Shown: positions 37,175 to 47,137 of the stretch, piece after piece | How positions within the stretch are numbered: the stretch's first letter is position 1 | How the letters are laid out: the number at the start of each line of letters is the position of its first letter | NCBI GenBank assembly: GCA_043798935.1 | Contig: JAZDOC010000017.1 | Coordinates: forward strand, 64,381-128,380 | Direction of reading: 5' to 3' | Length of the DNA: 64,000 nt | DNA from: Patescibacteria group bacterium | GTDB taxonomy: Bacteria > Patescibacteriota > Patescibacteriia > UBA9570 > JAHJKD01 | Notes under the pieces: generated by a model | The model's database searches: none | What the model was told of the DNA's origin: nothing | What the model saw: the letters and a program-made list of their open reading frames with translations, nothing else | Program-made: the position numbers and the translations under genes

Positions 37175-39046
37175 ATGGCATATTATAATCAACAATATAA
37201 AGATGTAGATTTAACCAGTAGTGAACAAGTACGTAAATATTTACGCGATAATGAAACTTACCTTAAAGAAATGGATGCGGCCATGTGCTTGCAGGCTGAT
37301 ATTTTTTTAAACCGTTATTTTAAAGAGAAGCCAAATTTTGAAAAAGAATATCCGCATGAATATGCTAGCTTAAATGAATTTATAATAGATTGTCGATGGG
37401 TTTCATTGCCGGCAATTAATCAAAAAGAGGTGCTGGATTTATTTACTAATAATATTAATAGCGCTTGGAGTTTGTTTGCTCGATACGATTTTTATATCGA
37501 GGATACAGATTTTTTGGATCAAAAAAGATTGATCGAAAAAAATTTAATGAATTTTATTTCCGGTATTTTTAGTTTTAAAGACCAAGATGCTTTTAAAAAT
37601 AAACTGCAAGACGCTTTGCGTCAGAGTGAACAATTAATTACTATCGAGCCGATTATAGATGGACAATTAAGAATAAAACCAACTTTGGCTCATTGGTTCG
37701 ATCTTTATTTTGAAGCCGTAGGCGTCGGAGCGGCCAATCAATTAAAGATTGCGCAGTTTTATGCCAAAGACAAAAATTTTCAAAAATTATCAGATTCGGA
37801 AAAAGCGAAAATGAAAATGATTTTTCATATTTATAATCAAATGCGTTTTTCCTCGCAAGATTTTATTCATGCGCCCATCAAAGAATATATGGTGAACGAT
37901 GAGGGTGTAATAGGTGTTTGGGAAAACGGCGTTTTTACGCCTTTTCCGTTTGTAGATAATAAACCTAAAAAAATTAATAAAAATCAAGACGATATGTACA
38001 ATGGAGTCCCATCATATAAACCAACCAATGAACCGTTAAGCGTCACCAAAGATATTTTTGGCGATGTCGACGCCAAAGAAATTGAAGATCATAGCCATTC
38101 CGGTTTGCGCAAACAAGCGCCGGTTGATAAAGACGCAATTATTAAATCTATTAAAGAGCAATTTCATCTAACTTTTTCCAGTTCTGAATCCGAAACCAGA
38201 TTTAATAATTTAACCGCCACCTTCGTTCTTGGCATTAGAGACGCCATGGAATATAAAGCCATGCTTACTCGTCCGGCCGATGTGGGTGGGCTTGATTATC
38301 GAATTGAAACAGCCGAAGCCATTACCGATGCCATTAAAAAATTATTAGGCGATAGCTTGCCTCAATCTGCCAGTTCGGTTGCTATGCCCCAGATAACTCC
38401 GACAGTTAAATCAGCGCCAACACCAGAACCAGCCCCTACGCGTCCTTCAATGCCAGCAATGCCCGCATTAACTCCATCATTAGAGCCCGATAAAAAGCCA
38501 CAGCTAAATTTAGCACAGGCTCAGGCCATGATGGATCAAGCCAAACAAATTGCCGCCACCATGAAAAAACCAGAGCCTGTTCAAGTAGAGACAGAGAAAA
38601 AAACTGAAGCCCCGATTGCTAAGCCGGTTTTAGAAACCAGTCAGGCCATACCGCAAGTGCGTCGCTTGGAAACCAATAAACCAATTGTTCAAGATATTAA
38701 AAAGCCCATTGTTAAACCAGTGCTCATGGGTCCGCAGGAAGAACTTGGAACTTTAGATCTTTCCAAATTTAGAAAATTAGCAGAAAATTCCGTGGAAGCA
38801 GCAGAAAAGATTAAGCATAAAATTGAATTATTAGAAGAACAATCTTTTGTTAGTAAATCGCAAGGGATTTTAGCTTTTAAAAATTCACCGCTTAACGCAA
38901 TTTACTTGCGTATCGGAAACACCAGTATCGATGAAGGGCGCTCGGTGCAAGAAGTAATTAATTCAATGACTGTGGCCGGTGAAAAAGTTTTAACCATGGA
39001 AGAGTTCGACGCCATTGCCGACTTAAATAAAAAAATAAGATATTAG
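37175..39046 (+). CDS. Hypothetical soluble protein of 623 aa with a Pro-rich linker.
   Basis: It has no TM segment and no NTPase motifs. A PTPEPAPTRPSMPAMPALTPS linker separates two domains. It sits in the T4SS-like operon. Confidence 0.5.
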   Translation: MAYYNQQYKDVDLTSSEQVRKYLRDNETYLKEMDAAMCLQADIFLNRYFKEKPNFEKEYPHEYASLNEFIIDCRWVSLPAINQKEVLDLFTNNINSAWSLFARYDFYIEDTDFLDQKRLIEKNLMNFISGIFSFKDQDAFKNKLQDALRQSEQLITIEPIIDGQLRIKPTLAHWFDLYFEAVGVGAANQLKIAQFYAKDKNFQKLSDSEKAKMKMIFHIYNQMRFSSQDFIHAPIKEYMVNDEGVIGVWENGVFTPFPFVDNKPKKINKNQDDMYNGVPSYKPTNEPLSVTKDIFGDVDAKEIEDHSHSGLRKQAPVDKDAIIKSIKEQFHLTFSSSESETRFNNLTATFVLGIRDAMEYKAMLTRPADVGGLDYRIETAEAITDAIKKLLGDSLPQSASSVAMPQITPTVKSAPTPEPAPTRPSMPAMPALTPSLEPDKKPQLNLAQAQAMMDQAKQIAATMKKPEPVQVETEKKTEAPIAKPVLETSQAIPQVRRLETNKPIVQDIKKPIVKPVLMGPQEELGTLDLSKFRKLAENSVEAAEKIKHKIELLEEQSFVSKSQGILAFKNSPLNAIYLRIGNTSIDEGRSVQEVINSMTVAGEKVLTMEEFDAIADLNKKIRY

Positions 39047-39055
39047 ATCTATTGT

Positions 39056-39523
39056 ATGCAAATGAATTTTGTGGTGCCACAATTTATTGAGGTCGAGAGT
39101 AAAGTAATCGGTCCTATTTCGATTCGTCAATTTATTATTTTATTGGTCACGGCCGGTTTTCTGTGGCTCTTTTGGACCATTCTAACATTTTGGTTTGCGG
39201 CTATTGTCGATATATTCTGTTTGGCCGTGGGCGGTACTTTTGCTTTTGTAAAAATCAACAGCCAACCTTTTCATATTTTTGCTTTGTGTTATGTGCAAAC
39301 CATGCGGTCGCCAGCTTTAAAAGTTTGGCAACGCGAACGTAATTTCATACTTAAAAAAATAGAGAAAAAAGCTAAACCCACAGTTGCGCCGGCTTACAAA
39401 GCGGTTCCAACACAATCGCGCCTAACTGAATTATCGCTTCTAGTCGATACAGGCGGTGTTTATAAGCCTGAGGAATTGCAAGATCAAGTTCAACAAAAAT
39501 TAAATTCACAATCTAACAAATAA
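39056..39523 (+). CDS. PrgI/VirB3-like small membrane protein.
   Basis: 155 aa with two TM helices, followed by the FAFVKINSQPFHIFALCYV motif that resembles the Gram-positive T4SS PrgI family. It sits directly upstream of VirB4, as in prgI-prgJ. Confidence 0.5.
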   Translation: MQMNFVVPQFIEVESKVIGPISIRQFIILLVTAGFLWLFWTILTFWFAAIVDIFCLAVGGTFAFVKINSQPFHIFALCYVQTMRSPALKVWQRERNFILKKIEKKAKPTVAPAYKAVPTQSRLTELSLLVDTGGVYKPEELQDQVQQKLNSQSNK

Positions 39524-39527
39524 AAAA

Positions 39528-40223
39528 ATGTCTTCGTCAGCTAAAACAGAAATGCAACATAAAACAAAACAAATTCCTTCAACGCAAAAATATTTACCAA
39601 TTGCGGAGATTAAAGACGACCTCGTGGTTTTAAAAGATGGCACCTTGCGCCAGGTGTTGATGGTGTCTTCCATTAACTTTGCTTTAAAAAACGAAGATGA
39701 ACAGCAGGCTATTATTAATGGCTATGTTCAGTTTTTAAATACTTTAGATTATCCCATTGAAATTGTTATTCAATCGCGTAATTTAAACATTGATGCTTAT
39801 ATCAATAAATTAAAAAAACTCGCTAAAGTGCAAACCAACGAACTGCTGAAAATTCAAACCATCGAGTATACCAATTATATTCAACAAATGGTAGAATTAT
39901 CTCAGATCATGGAAAAAAGATTTTTTATTGTTGTACCGTATTCGCCATATTCCAATAAACCAAAAAGTTTCTGGACTCGATTGCAAGAAGTTTTATCTCC
40001 CGGCAGCGTAATTAAATTAAATGAAGAAAAATTTAATAAGTTTAAAGAAGAATTAATTCGTCGTACTTCCATTGTGGCCAGCGGATTAACTTCAATTGGT
40101 TTAAAAGTCGCTCCGCTTGATACCCAGGGTTTAATAGAATTGTATTACCAAGCTTATAATCCGTCGCGGGGCAAGCCAAAAATTCTACCCGATATTAATC
40201 AATTGAAAATAGAAGAAAAATAA
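39528..40223 (+). CDS. VirB4/PrgJ-family T4SS ATPase, N-terminal domain fragment (split gene).
   Basis: 231 aa. The segment DDLVVLKDGTLRQVLMVSSINFALKNEDEQQAIINGYVQFLNTLDYPIEIVIQSRN matches the conserved N-terminus of Gram-positive VirB4 homologs. Its stop TAA (40221-40223) overlaps the next ATG (40223-40225). Confidence 0.65.
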   Translation: MSSSAKTEMQHKTKQIPSTQKYLPIAEIKDDLVVLKDGTLRQVLMVSSINFALKNEDEQQAIINGYVQFLNTLDYPIEIVIQSRNLNIDAYINKLKKLAKVQTNELLKIQTIEYTNYIQQMVELSQIMEKRFFIVVPYSPYSNKPKSFWTRLQEVLSPGSVIKLNEEKFNKFKEELIRRTSIVASGLTSIGLKVAPLDTQGLIELYYQAYNPSRGKPKILPDINQLKIEEK

Positions 40224-42118
40224 TGATTGATTTAAGAGATTCAAAACTACAAGCTCAGAAAAAATTACCGCTGGTCGATGAATCAACCAAAGAACAGCGC
40301 GAACAAGCCCGAGCCCGACAAATAGCCAAAGATCAAGAGGCTAAAGATTTAATTACCGCCAAAAACATTTATGAAAGTGGCGTCACTTACGTATTAGATT
40401 TAATTTCACCGGCCGCTTTAAAAGCCGAACCGCGTTATATAGATTTAGGCGGTAAATATTGCTCTACCATGTTTGTGGTTTCTTACCCGCGTCATATTAA
40501 TGTTGGCTGGTTTGCGCCCATCATTAATTTGAATTTATCGCTCGACATTGCCATGTATTTTTATCCGGTGAAATCAAACATTATTTTAAAACAATTGCGC
40601 AATAAAGTTGGTTCGCTGGAAGCTGAATTAATTTCTGATTCGGAAAAAAGAGCACCGCGTGATCCGGTTAAAGAAACCGCTTTGCGCGATATCGAAGGTT
40701 TGCGCGATAGTTTAACCCAGGGAACCGAAAAGTTTTTTCAATTCGCTTTGTACATTACAATTTATGCGGACGAAAAAAAAGAGCTGGAAGATTTAATGGA
40801 AAAAATGGATTCCATGTTTGGCTCGAAATTAGTGACGGCTAAACGTATTTTTTATCAGGCCGAACAAGGTTTTAATTCCACCCTCCCTTTAGGCATCGAT
40901 GAAATTCAAGTTTATTTCAACATGAATTCTTCACCGTGCGCTTCATCCTTTCCGTTTATTTCTTCGGAATTAACATCAGATAACGGTATTTTATACGGCG
41001 TTAATCGTCATAATAATAGTTTAATATTATTCGATCGTTTCAGTTTACAAAATGCCAACTCTGTGGTTTTCGCTACTTCGGGCGCCGGTAAAAGTTATAC
41101 CATTAAATTGGAAGTTTTGCGTAGTTTGATGATGGGAACCGATGTTATTATTATCGATCCGGAAAATGAATACAAGCATTTAGCCGACGCTGTTGGCGGA
41201 ACTTATATTAATATCTCTTTAAACTCGGATGCTAAAATTAACCCGTTTGATTTACCGCGTCCGGTTGGTGGCGCCGATAAACCGGCCGATATTATTAGAA
41301 CAGCCGTAATTACTTTAAAAGGTTTATTGCGTTTGATGCTGGGAAAAATTAGTGATGCCGAAGATTCTATTATGGACAGAGCTTTGATTGAAACTTACGC
41401 TAAAAAAGATATTACGGCTGATACGGATTTAAGCTTAGGCGTGGAACCGCCAATCATGGCCGACTTTCAGAATATTTTGGAAGGTTTTGAAGGAACGGAA
41501 AATTTAGTTATCAGGTTAAAGAAATTTACCGAGGGTACTTTTTCCGGATTATTCAACAGTCCCACAAACATTGATATGAAAAATCAGCTAGTCACTTTTT
41601 CCGTGCGTGATCTGGAAGACGAATTAAGACCAATCGCTGTTTACAATATTGTCACTTATATTTGGAACGTTGTACGCTCTAAATTAAAACAACGCATGTT
41701 GATTATCGATGAAGCTTGGTGGCTAATGCAGAGCGAAGACAGCGCTAAATTTATTTTTGCCTTGGTAAAACGTTGCCGAAAGTATTATCTGGGTGTCACT
41801 ACAATTACTCAAGACGTAAACGACTTTTTACTTTCTCCTTATGGCAGAGCAATTGTTACCAATTCGGCCATGCAGATTTTATTAAAACAGTCGCCGGCCG
41901 CGATCGACAACATCGCCAAAGTATTTATGTTAACCGAAGGCGAGAAATATTTATTGCTAGAGGGTAATGTGGGCGAAGGCATATTCTTTGCAGGCGAACG
42001 GCACGTAGCCATTAAAGTTGTGGCCTCGCAAACCGAAGATCAAATTGTCACATCCGACCCGCGGCAATTACTGGAAATTGAAGAGTCTAAAAAGGAATTC
42101 GCGGCTCAAAATTCTTAA
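40223..42118 (+). CDS. VirB4/TrbE/PrgJ-family type IV secretion ATPase, C-terminal ATPase portion.
   Basis: 631 aa. It has Walker A VVFATSGAGKSYTI and the VirB4-typical Walker B MLIIDEAWWLM (DEAW), plus C-terminal conserved blocks. Confidence 0.85.
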   Translation: MIDLRDSKLQAQKKLPLVDESTKEQREQARARQIAKDQEAKDLITAKNIYESGVTYVLDLISPAALKAEPRYIDLGGKYCSTMFVVSYPRHINVGWFAPIINLNLSLDIAMYFYPVKSNIILKQLRNKVGSLEAELISDSEKRAPRDPVKETALRDIEGLRDSLTQGTEKFFQFALYITIYADEKKELEDLMEKMDSMFGSKLVTAKRIFYQAEQGFNSTLPLGIDEIQVYFNMNSSPCASSFPFISSELTSDNGILYGVNRHNNSLILFDRFSLQNANSVVFATSGAGKSYTIKLEVLRSLMMGTDVIIIDPENEYKHLADAVGGTYINISLNSDAKINPFDLPRPVGGADKPADIIRTAVITLKGLLRLMLGKISDAEDSIMDRALIETYAKKDITADTDLSLGVEPPIMADFQNILEGFEGTENLVIRLKKFTEGTFSGLFNSPTNIDMKNQLVTFSVRDLEDELRPIAVYNIVTYIWNVVRSKLKQRMLIIDEAWWLMQSEDSAKFIFALVKRCRKYYLGVTTITQDVNDFLLSPYGRAIVTNSAMQILLKQSPAAIDNIAKVFMLTEGEKYLLLEGNVGEGIFFAGERHVAIKVVASQTEDQIVTSDPRQLLEIEESKKEFAAQNS

Positions 42119-42141
42119 ATTCAATCATTAATATAATTTAT

Positions 42142-42774
42142 ATGTTTGCCCAAAAAAAATTCATTATAATCGTCACCGCTCTTTTAGCATTATTATTCAT
42201 TGGCTTTGGTGTAATTTTCTATATTTATCAAAATCATCAAACTGAAATTAAACCAGAAAACAGCAATACCAATATAGCTGTTAATAACACTAATAATCAA
42301 ATCGATAATCAGGGGAATATTATTATTGATGAAACAAATAACAATGCCAACAGCGCGTCGCCGGCTGAAAGCGAAACATTTGTGGCTACCCAAGCTAATC
42401 AAACAAATGCCATTTTAAAGCTGGCTAAAAATTTTGCTGAGCGCTTTGGAACATATTCCAACGAGAATAATTACGATAACATCAGAAATTTAAAAAATAT
42501 TTCCAGCACTGAAATGCAAGCCTGGCTGGAAACTTTAATTGATAATAATAGCAAGAAGCCAAATGAAGCGTTTAGTGCTGTGACCACTAAAGCTTTAACA
42601 GTTGATTTATTAAGTTTTGATGTTGGATCAAATATCGCCGAAGTAATGGTAAGCACTAGCCGTAGTGAAGAAGCAGAATTTTCCACTGAAAAGAAAACAT
42701 ACACTCAAAAAATAAAAATTGAAATAATCCAGGAAAATAATTCTTGGAAAATAAATCGCGCTTATTGGCAATAA
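42142..42774 (+). CDS. Bitopic membrane protein, possibly VirB8/TcpC-like (NTF2-like C-terminal domain). Speculative.
   Basis: It has an N-terminal TM (FIIIVTALLALLFIGFGVIFYIY), an N-rich linker and a ~120-aa alpha/beta C-terminal domain. Confidence 0.35.
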   Translation: MFAQKKFIIIVTALLALLFIGFGVIFYIYQNHQTEIKPENSNTNIAVNNTNNQIDNQGNIIIDETNNNANSASPAESETFVATQANQTNAILKLAKNFAERFGTYSNENNYDNIRNLKNISSTEMQAWLETLIDNNSKKPNEAFSAVTTKALTVDLLSFDVGSNIAEVMVSTSRSEEAEFSTEKKTYTQKIKIEIIQENNSWKINRAYWQ

Positions 42775-42782
42775 TTAAAATT

Positions 42783-43085
42783 ATGCCACAAACCATAAAT
42801 GATCAAAAAAACGAAATTGCTCAAACTTTATCGTTTATTTTAGAAAAAGCACCGGATTTAATATTGAAAAATGATCCGGATGTATTAAAATTTAATTTTG
42901 AAAAAGCCGTGCAAAAAGCCACTCAACTTTATTATTTAAATTTGTATCAAGTAAAAAATGTTGAAGTTGATGAACACATTAAAAAAGCCACTGAAGAAGA
43001 TATTATTAAGCAATATCAAGCCATGCTAGCTAATTTAATGATTACTTTTAAACAGGTGGAAGTTGAAAAAAAGCTTGAAAATTAA
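42783..43085 (+). CDS. Small hypothetical cytoplasmic protein.
   Basis: About 100 aa starting at MPQTIN, right after the upstream stop. The ORF track extends it to 42744, overlapping the previous gene. Confidence 0.4.
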   Translation: MPQTINDQKNEIAQTLSFILEKAPDLILKNDPDVLKFNFEKAVQKATQLYYLNLYQVKNVEVDEHIKKATEEDIIKQYQAMLANLMITFKQVEVEKKLEN

Positions 43086-43202
43086 TATAGCCCCGGGCTT
43101 TATGCTCGTGGGCGGTGAGAAAGAAACATCAATATTAATGCCAGTCCACGCCCATAAAAGGCGGGGCTAAAAAATTATAAAAATTGCAAAAAATAAATAA
43201 TC

Positions 43203-44471
43203 ATGAATAATCCAAGCTCACAAAATTTACAATCAGAAATGGGAGAGCAAATAAAAGATGCTGTTAAAAGTAATCCTAATTTAAGTGTGGGCGAGGCGAT
43301 TAGCGACTTGTGTCAGCATCCAAAATTTCAAAAATTATTATCAGATTCCGTCATGGCTTTACCGCTTCAATATATTGATGCTGATACATCAGCCGATGTA
43401 AAACGAGCCGGTGCTATGAAAGCCATGGTAGCCACCGCCGTTATGGCTGATGCTGTAGTTCAAGCGCAAAAAGAGCAAGAAATGCAGGATATAGCCTTAG
43501 AAGCTTTAATGGCTCATTTAATGTTGAATGGTTTAAATCCTGAACAAGCTGAAAGTTATGCCCGAAACGCCATGGGTCATCCGGCTACGGATTCTGCACC
43601 CGAGGAAGATCAGAAAGCAGATGAGCATGGTCAAAAACAAGCTCAAGATGCTCAAGCCGTCGCTTCAGATGCCGAAGGCGATGGAGAACAACCAGATGGC
43701 GAAACAGGTGAAGGCGAACCAGACACTCCCCAAGAAACCGTTGAGCCTGGCAAAGAAGATGAAGCCGCCAGAAAATTACAGGACGAAAAAAATAAAGATG
43801 CTCAAAAAAAAGAGGGTGAGCAAGAAGACGGAGATAAAAAAGAAGGCGAAAACCCTGAAGGTGAGGGAAAAGAAGACAAACAACCCGGCCAAGAAGCTGG
43901 TGAGGAACCAGGTGAAGACCAAACCGCTTCACCCGAACAAGAAACGGCCGAGCCGGAAGAATCAGAGGATCAGAATGCTGAGAATCAAGAAGGGGATGAA
44001 GGCCAAGAAGGTGAAAATCAAGGTGCGTCGCCGGAAGAACAATCTCCGGAAGGAGAGTCCCCGGAGGCTAAACCAGAAGAAGAGGCTGACAAAGGCCGTG
44101 AATTAGCTGAAGATAAAAAGGAAGATGAAGATAAAGAAAGTAATATTCCAAGTAAAGATGAATTAGCAAAAGCCGTTAATAAAATAAAAAAAGAAACCGA
44201 ATCAGCTCTAATTGAAGCGTTTCTCAGTGGCCTGCCTGAAAGTTTATTGTTGTTATTAATACCTTTTGTTCCGCCCATAAATATTCCTTTGGGAATTTTA
44301 GCAATTAAGTTTGGTTTTGATGGAAAAATAGATTTTGATATGCCATTGTTAGGAAAAATTAAATTGATGGATTTTGATGCGTTAGAACGTGCAATTATGA
44401 TCTCGTTTGGAGTGGCTTGTTTTTTGGAATATATCATTGGATTTGTATTGTTGCTTTATTTTTTTAATTAA
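43203..44471 (+). CDS. Extremely acidic, low-complexity (E/D/G/K/Q-rich) protein with a C-terminal membrane anchor.
   Basis: 422 aa. Residues ~120-330 are almost entirely E/D/K/G/Q/P repeats (EGDGEQPDGETGEGEPD...). The C-terminal ~80 aa carry two hydrophobic helices (LLLLLIPFVPPINIPLGILAIKF, ISFGVACFLEYIIGFVLLLYFF). The lysine-rich and other ORF-track entries overlapping this gene are out-of-frame low-complexity artefacts. Confidence 0.5.
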   Translation: MNNPSSQNLQSEMGEQIKDAVKSNPNLSVGEAISDLCQHPKFQKLLSDSVMALPLQYIDADTSADVKRAGAMKAMVATAVMADAVVQAQKEQEMQDIALEALMAHLMLNGLNPEQAESYARNAMGHPATDSAPEEDQKADEHGQKQAQDAQAVASDAEGDGEQPDGETGEGEPDTPQETVEPGKEDEAARKLQDEKNKDAQKKEGEQEDGDKKEGENPEGEGKEDKQPGQEAGEEPGEDQTASPEQETAEPEESEDQNAENQEGDEGQEGENQGASPEEQSPEGESPEAKPEEEADKGRELAEDKKEDEDKESNIPSKDELAKAVNKIKKETESALIEAFLSGLPESLLLLLIPFVPPINIPLGILAIKFGFDGKIDFDMPLLGKIKLMDFDALERAIMISFGVACFLEYIIGFVLLLYFFN

Positions 44472-44513
44472 GCTTAAAAGTAATTTGCTGAACGTCATAA
44501 AATATGGTATAGT

Positions 44514-45896
44514 ATGAACATGCTTTTAGCGAAAAATAAACATTTATTCATTAGGTTTCTAACAGCGCCTATTTTTTTAATTATACTAAATTTTATTCCG
44601 AAAAGTGCACAAGCTGAAGGCGAAAAGCAATATGTAAAAAATATTGGTTATTTATTAGAAGTTCCTATTCCTACAATATCCAGCGGTGGTGTTTCGCTCG
44701 TAAATAATATTGTTGAATATGTTCAACTGATTTATGAAGTGAGTATCTCTATAATTGCGCCATTAGCAGTAGTGGCTATTATCTATGGCGGTGTTAGAAT
44801 TGCCTCTTCAGCCGGAAATGAACAGTCTATTACATCTGGTAAACAAGTAATTATTTCAGCTATTATTGGTTTATTAATACCATTATTAAGCTATAGCGGT
44901 TTAAAATTAATAAATTCTCAATTAGTTGATTTGCAGAATATACAGGTTGAGAAAATAGTTTACGAACCCGATACAGAACCAATTTATACTTTACCGGATT
45001 GCGGTCGTGATTCACGTTTTGAAGATTGCAAAGATACACTTTGCGGGGAAACTTGTTTTAACGAAGAATTAGGCTTAAGTTGTCGCGGTGAAAAAGCAAA
45101 TTCGGCTAACGCTACGGCAAGTTGTTCAGGAAACATGACAGTTATTGGGTCAGGCCCTGGTCAGTGCGAGTGTTACCCATACGCTACAAGCATAACCGAG
45201 GGAAAAATAAAATATAAGATGCAGAGTGCAGATTGCGTCGATCCGGCAATAATAGCAGTTCAAACTTATGATAAATTATATAAAGACAGAAAAGATCGTG
45301 AATTTATGGTGAATGCAATGACTGCGCTTTCCATTTGTGGTAATAATTTTGAACCTTTCTACAAACAAAGCGATATCATGGCAATTGACGAATATGTTGA
45401 TCTTGTATTTGGCTGGTCACATATGGAATTAATGAATAATATGCTAAATCGAAATATGGCAGCGTCTACTTTGTTTTATATTACTTTAAATAAATCATGG
45501 CATTCTCAAACTAACCATGTATATAGTGATCTTTTTGGATTTTGCGCACAAAGGAACAATTATGTTTTTAAAAGTCATAGCCAGTTAGAAACAACAACAA
45601 ATTGTGAATTTAATCTAAATTGCGGAATTCATCCTAGTTATAACGATGCTAGTGATATTTTTGGTTTATTTTGTATGCCTAACGATTGGTCTCAGCTTTT
45701 ACTTAACGGACACGAATATAAAGCTAAAGACATGTCGTCTTTTAATGCTAGCCAGTTTAAAAAAGCACTTTTTTGGGGTGAATATTTGGTCGGTAAATAT
45801 TATAACGGTACTGCTACAAGTTATGATAATGAGTTTATCATGACTCAAGAAATTGCCAATAAATTGGATAATAATCAATACGAAAGTTTTCACTAA
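44514..45896 (+). CDS. VirB2/TrbC pilin-like N-terminal domain fused to a ~300-aa Cys-rich C-terminal domain.
   Basis: It has a signal peptide and two hydrophobic helices separated by a short loop (IAPLAVVAIIYGGVRIASSAGNEQSITSGKQVIISAIIGLLIPLL). It is paralogous to residues ~60-150 of the 47910-49301 protein. The C-terminal domain has about 14 Cys and no recognised motif. Confidence 0.5.
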   Translation: MNMLLAKNKHLFIRFLTAPIFLIILNFIPKSAQAEGEKQYVKNIGYLLEVPIPTISSGGVSLVNNIVEYVQLIYEVSISIIAPLAVVAIIYGGVRIASSAGNEQSITSGKQVIISAIIGLLIPLLSYSGLKLINSQLVDLQNIQVEKIVYEPDTEPIYTLPDCGRDSRFEDCKDTLCGETCFNEELGLSCRGEKANSANATASCSGNMTVIGSGPGQCECYPYATSITEGKIKYKMQSADCVDPAIIAVQTYDKLYKDRKDREFMVNAMTALSICGNNFEPFYKQSDIMAIDEYVDLVFGWSHMELMNNMLNRNMAASTLFYITLNKSWHSQTNHVYSDLFGFCAQRNNYVFKSHSQLETTTNCEFNLNCGIHPSYNDASDIFGLFCMPNDWSQLLLNGHEYKAKDMSSFNASQFKKALFWGEYLVGKYYNGTATSYDNEFIMTQEIANKLDNNQYESFH

Positions 45897-45900
45897 AATT

Positions 45901-47136
45901 ATGCAACTAACAGATTTACAAAAGAAAATATTATACTCAGCTCTATTAATAATAGTGGCAATTGGCATGGCGATTATTATTTATATAGTGTTTTTTAAAG
46001 CGCCTAAAGAAGAATTAATTAATGTAAATGGCGAGCTTGTGCCTGAAAGCATATTTCCGGAAATAAACGCTAATGTTAATCAGGATATTGATGTTAGTAA
46101 TACTAATGCTTTTAATGGCGTGCCCACAATCGATTCGGTAGCGCGTGGATCCAACACTTTAACCGACACATTAACCGATGAAAGTGCCTCTGATATGACG
46201 CTTTCAGCCAATGGCAAGGACGTCCAATATTACAACAGCGAAGACGGAAAGTTTTACCGCATCAACGAGCTGGGTGAAAAAATTGCCATGAGCGATGAAA
46301 TTTTTAAGGGTGTAAATAATGTCACTTGGTCTAACAGCAGCCAATCCGCTGTATTAGAGTTTGATGATGATTATAATTTATTTTACGATTTTGAAAAAAA
46401 GAAGCAATATACTGTTCCTAAAGAAATGGAACAATTTACCTTCTCACCGACTGATGACCAGATTGGTTTTAAATATATGGCCATCGATAAAGAAGATCGC
46501 TGGTTGGGGGTAATGGATCCGGACGGTTCAAATCCTCGGGGCTTGGAAAAACTTGGCGATAATGCCGATAAAATTGAAGTAAATTGGTCGCCATCCGGAA
46601 AAGCCGTTGGAACTTTTAATGAATATATCGACGGTAATCGTCAGCGTGTAATTCCGATTGGTCTAAATAGCGAGAATTTTAAACAAATGACGGTTGAAGG
46701 CAGAGGTTTTGAATATGCTTGGTCGCCAACCGGAAAACAAATGCTTTATAATGTTTTTGGTTCATATTCAGATTATCAGCCGACTTTATGGATAGTTGAT
46801 GCTGAAGGTGAACAAATCGGCGAGAATCGCACGGCTTTAGAAATGAACACGTGGGTAGACAAATGTACTTTTTCTAGCAAAACTCAGCTTTATTGCGCTG
46901 TACCGCAAACCTTGCCGACCGGTGCCGGCTATGCGCGTGATGTGGCTGACAATATTCCGGATAATATTTATAAAATAGATTTAGCAACCGGTAAAAAAGA
47001 ACTAATGGCTATTCCCATTAATGCTTTTGGTACCGAACAGTATACCATTAATAATATGCAGGTCTCTGATGACGGTGCTACTTTGTTTTTTACTGATGTT
47101 CAACAAAACAATATTCATAAATTAAAATTAAAATAA
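45901..47136 (+). CDS. Membrane-anchored beta-propeller protein (TolB/PD40-like repeats).
   Basis: It has an N-terminal TM (LYSALLIIVAIGMAIIIYIVFF) and repeated WSPSGK/WSPTGK PD40-like motifs. I place the start at MQLTDL (45901); the ORF track begins at 45853. Confidence 0.5.
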   Translation: MQLTDLQKKILYSALLIIVAIGMAIIIYIVFFKAPKEELINVNGELVPESIFPEINANVNQDIDVSNTNAFNGVPTIDSVARGSNTLTDTLTDESASDMTLSANGKDVQYYNSEDGKFYRINELGEKIAMSDEIFKGVNNVTWSNSSQSAVLEFDDDYNLFYDFEKKKQYTVPKEMEQFTFSPTDDQIGFKYMAIDKEDRWLGVMDPDGSNPRGLEKLGDNADKIEVNWSPSGKAVGTFNEYIDGNRQRVIPIGLNSENFKQMTVEGRGFEYAWSPTGKQMLYNVFGSYSDYQPTLWIVDAEGEQIGENRTALEMNTWVDKCTFSSKTQLYCAVPQTLPTGAGYARDVADNIPDNIYKIDLATGKKELMAIPINAFGTEQYTINNMQVSDDGATLFFTDVQQNNIHKLKLK

Positions 47137-47137
47137 C

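Noticed and set aside
43558-44437. Other ORF-track entries overlapping the 43203-44471 gene: a 182-aa lysine-rich plus-strand ORF, plus 115-aa and 139-aa minus-strand ORFs.
   Set aside because: They are alternative-frame readings of the GA-rich low-complexity repeat inside the 422-aa acidic protein gene. They have no independent start or RBS context, and their composition is what a repeat frame-shift produces.
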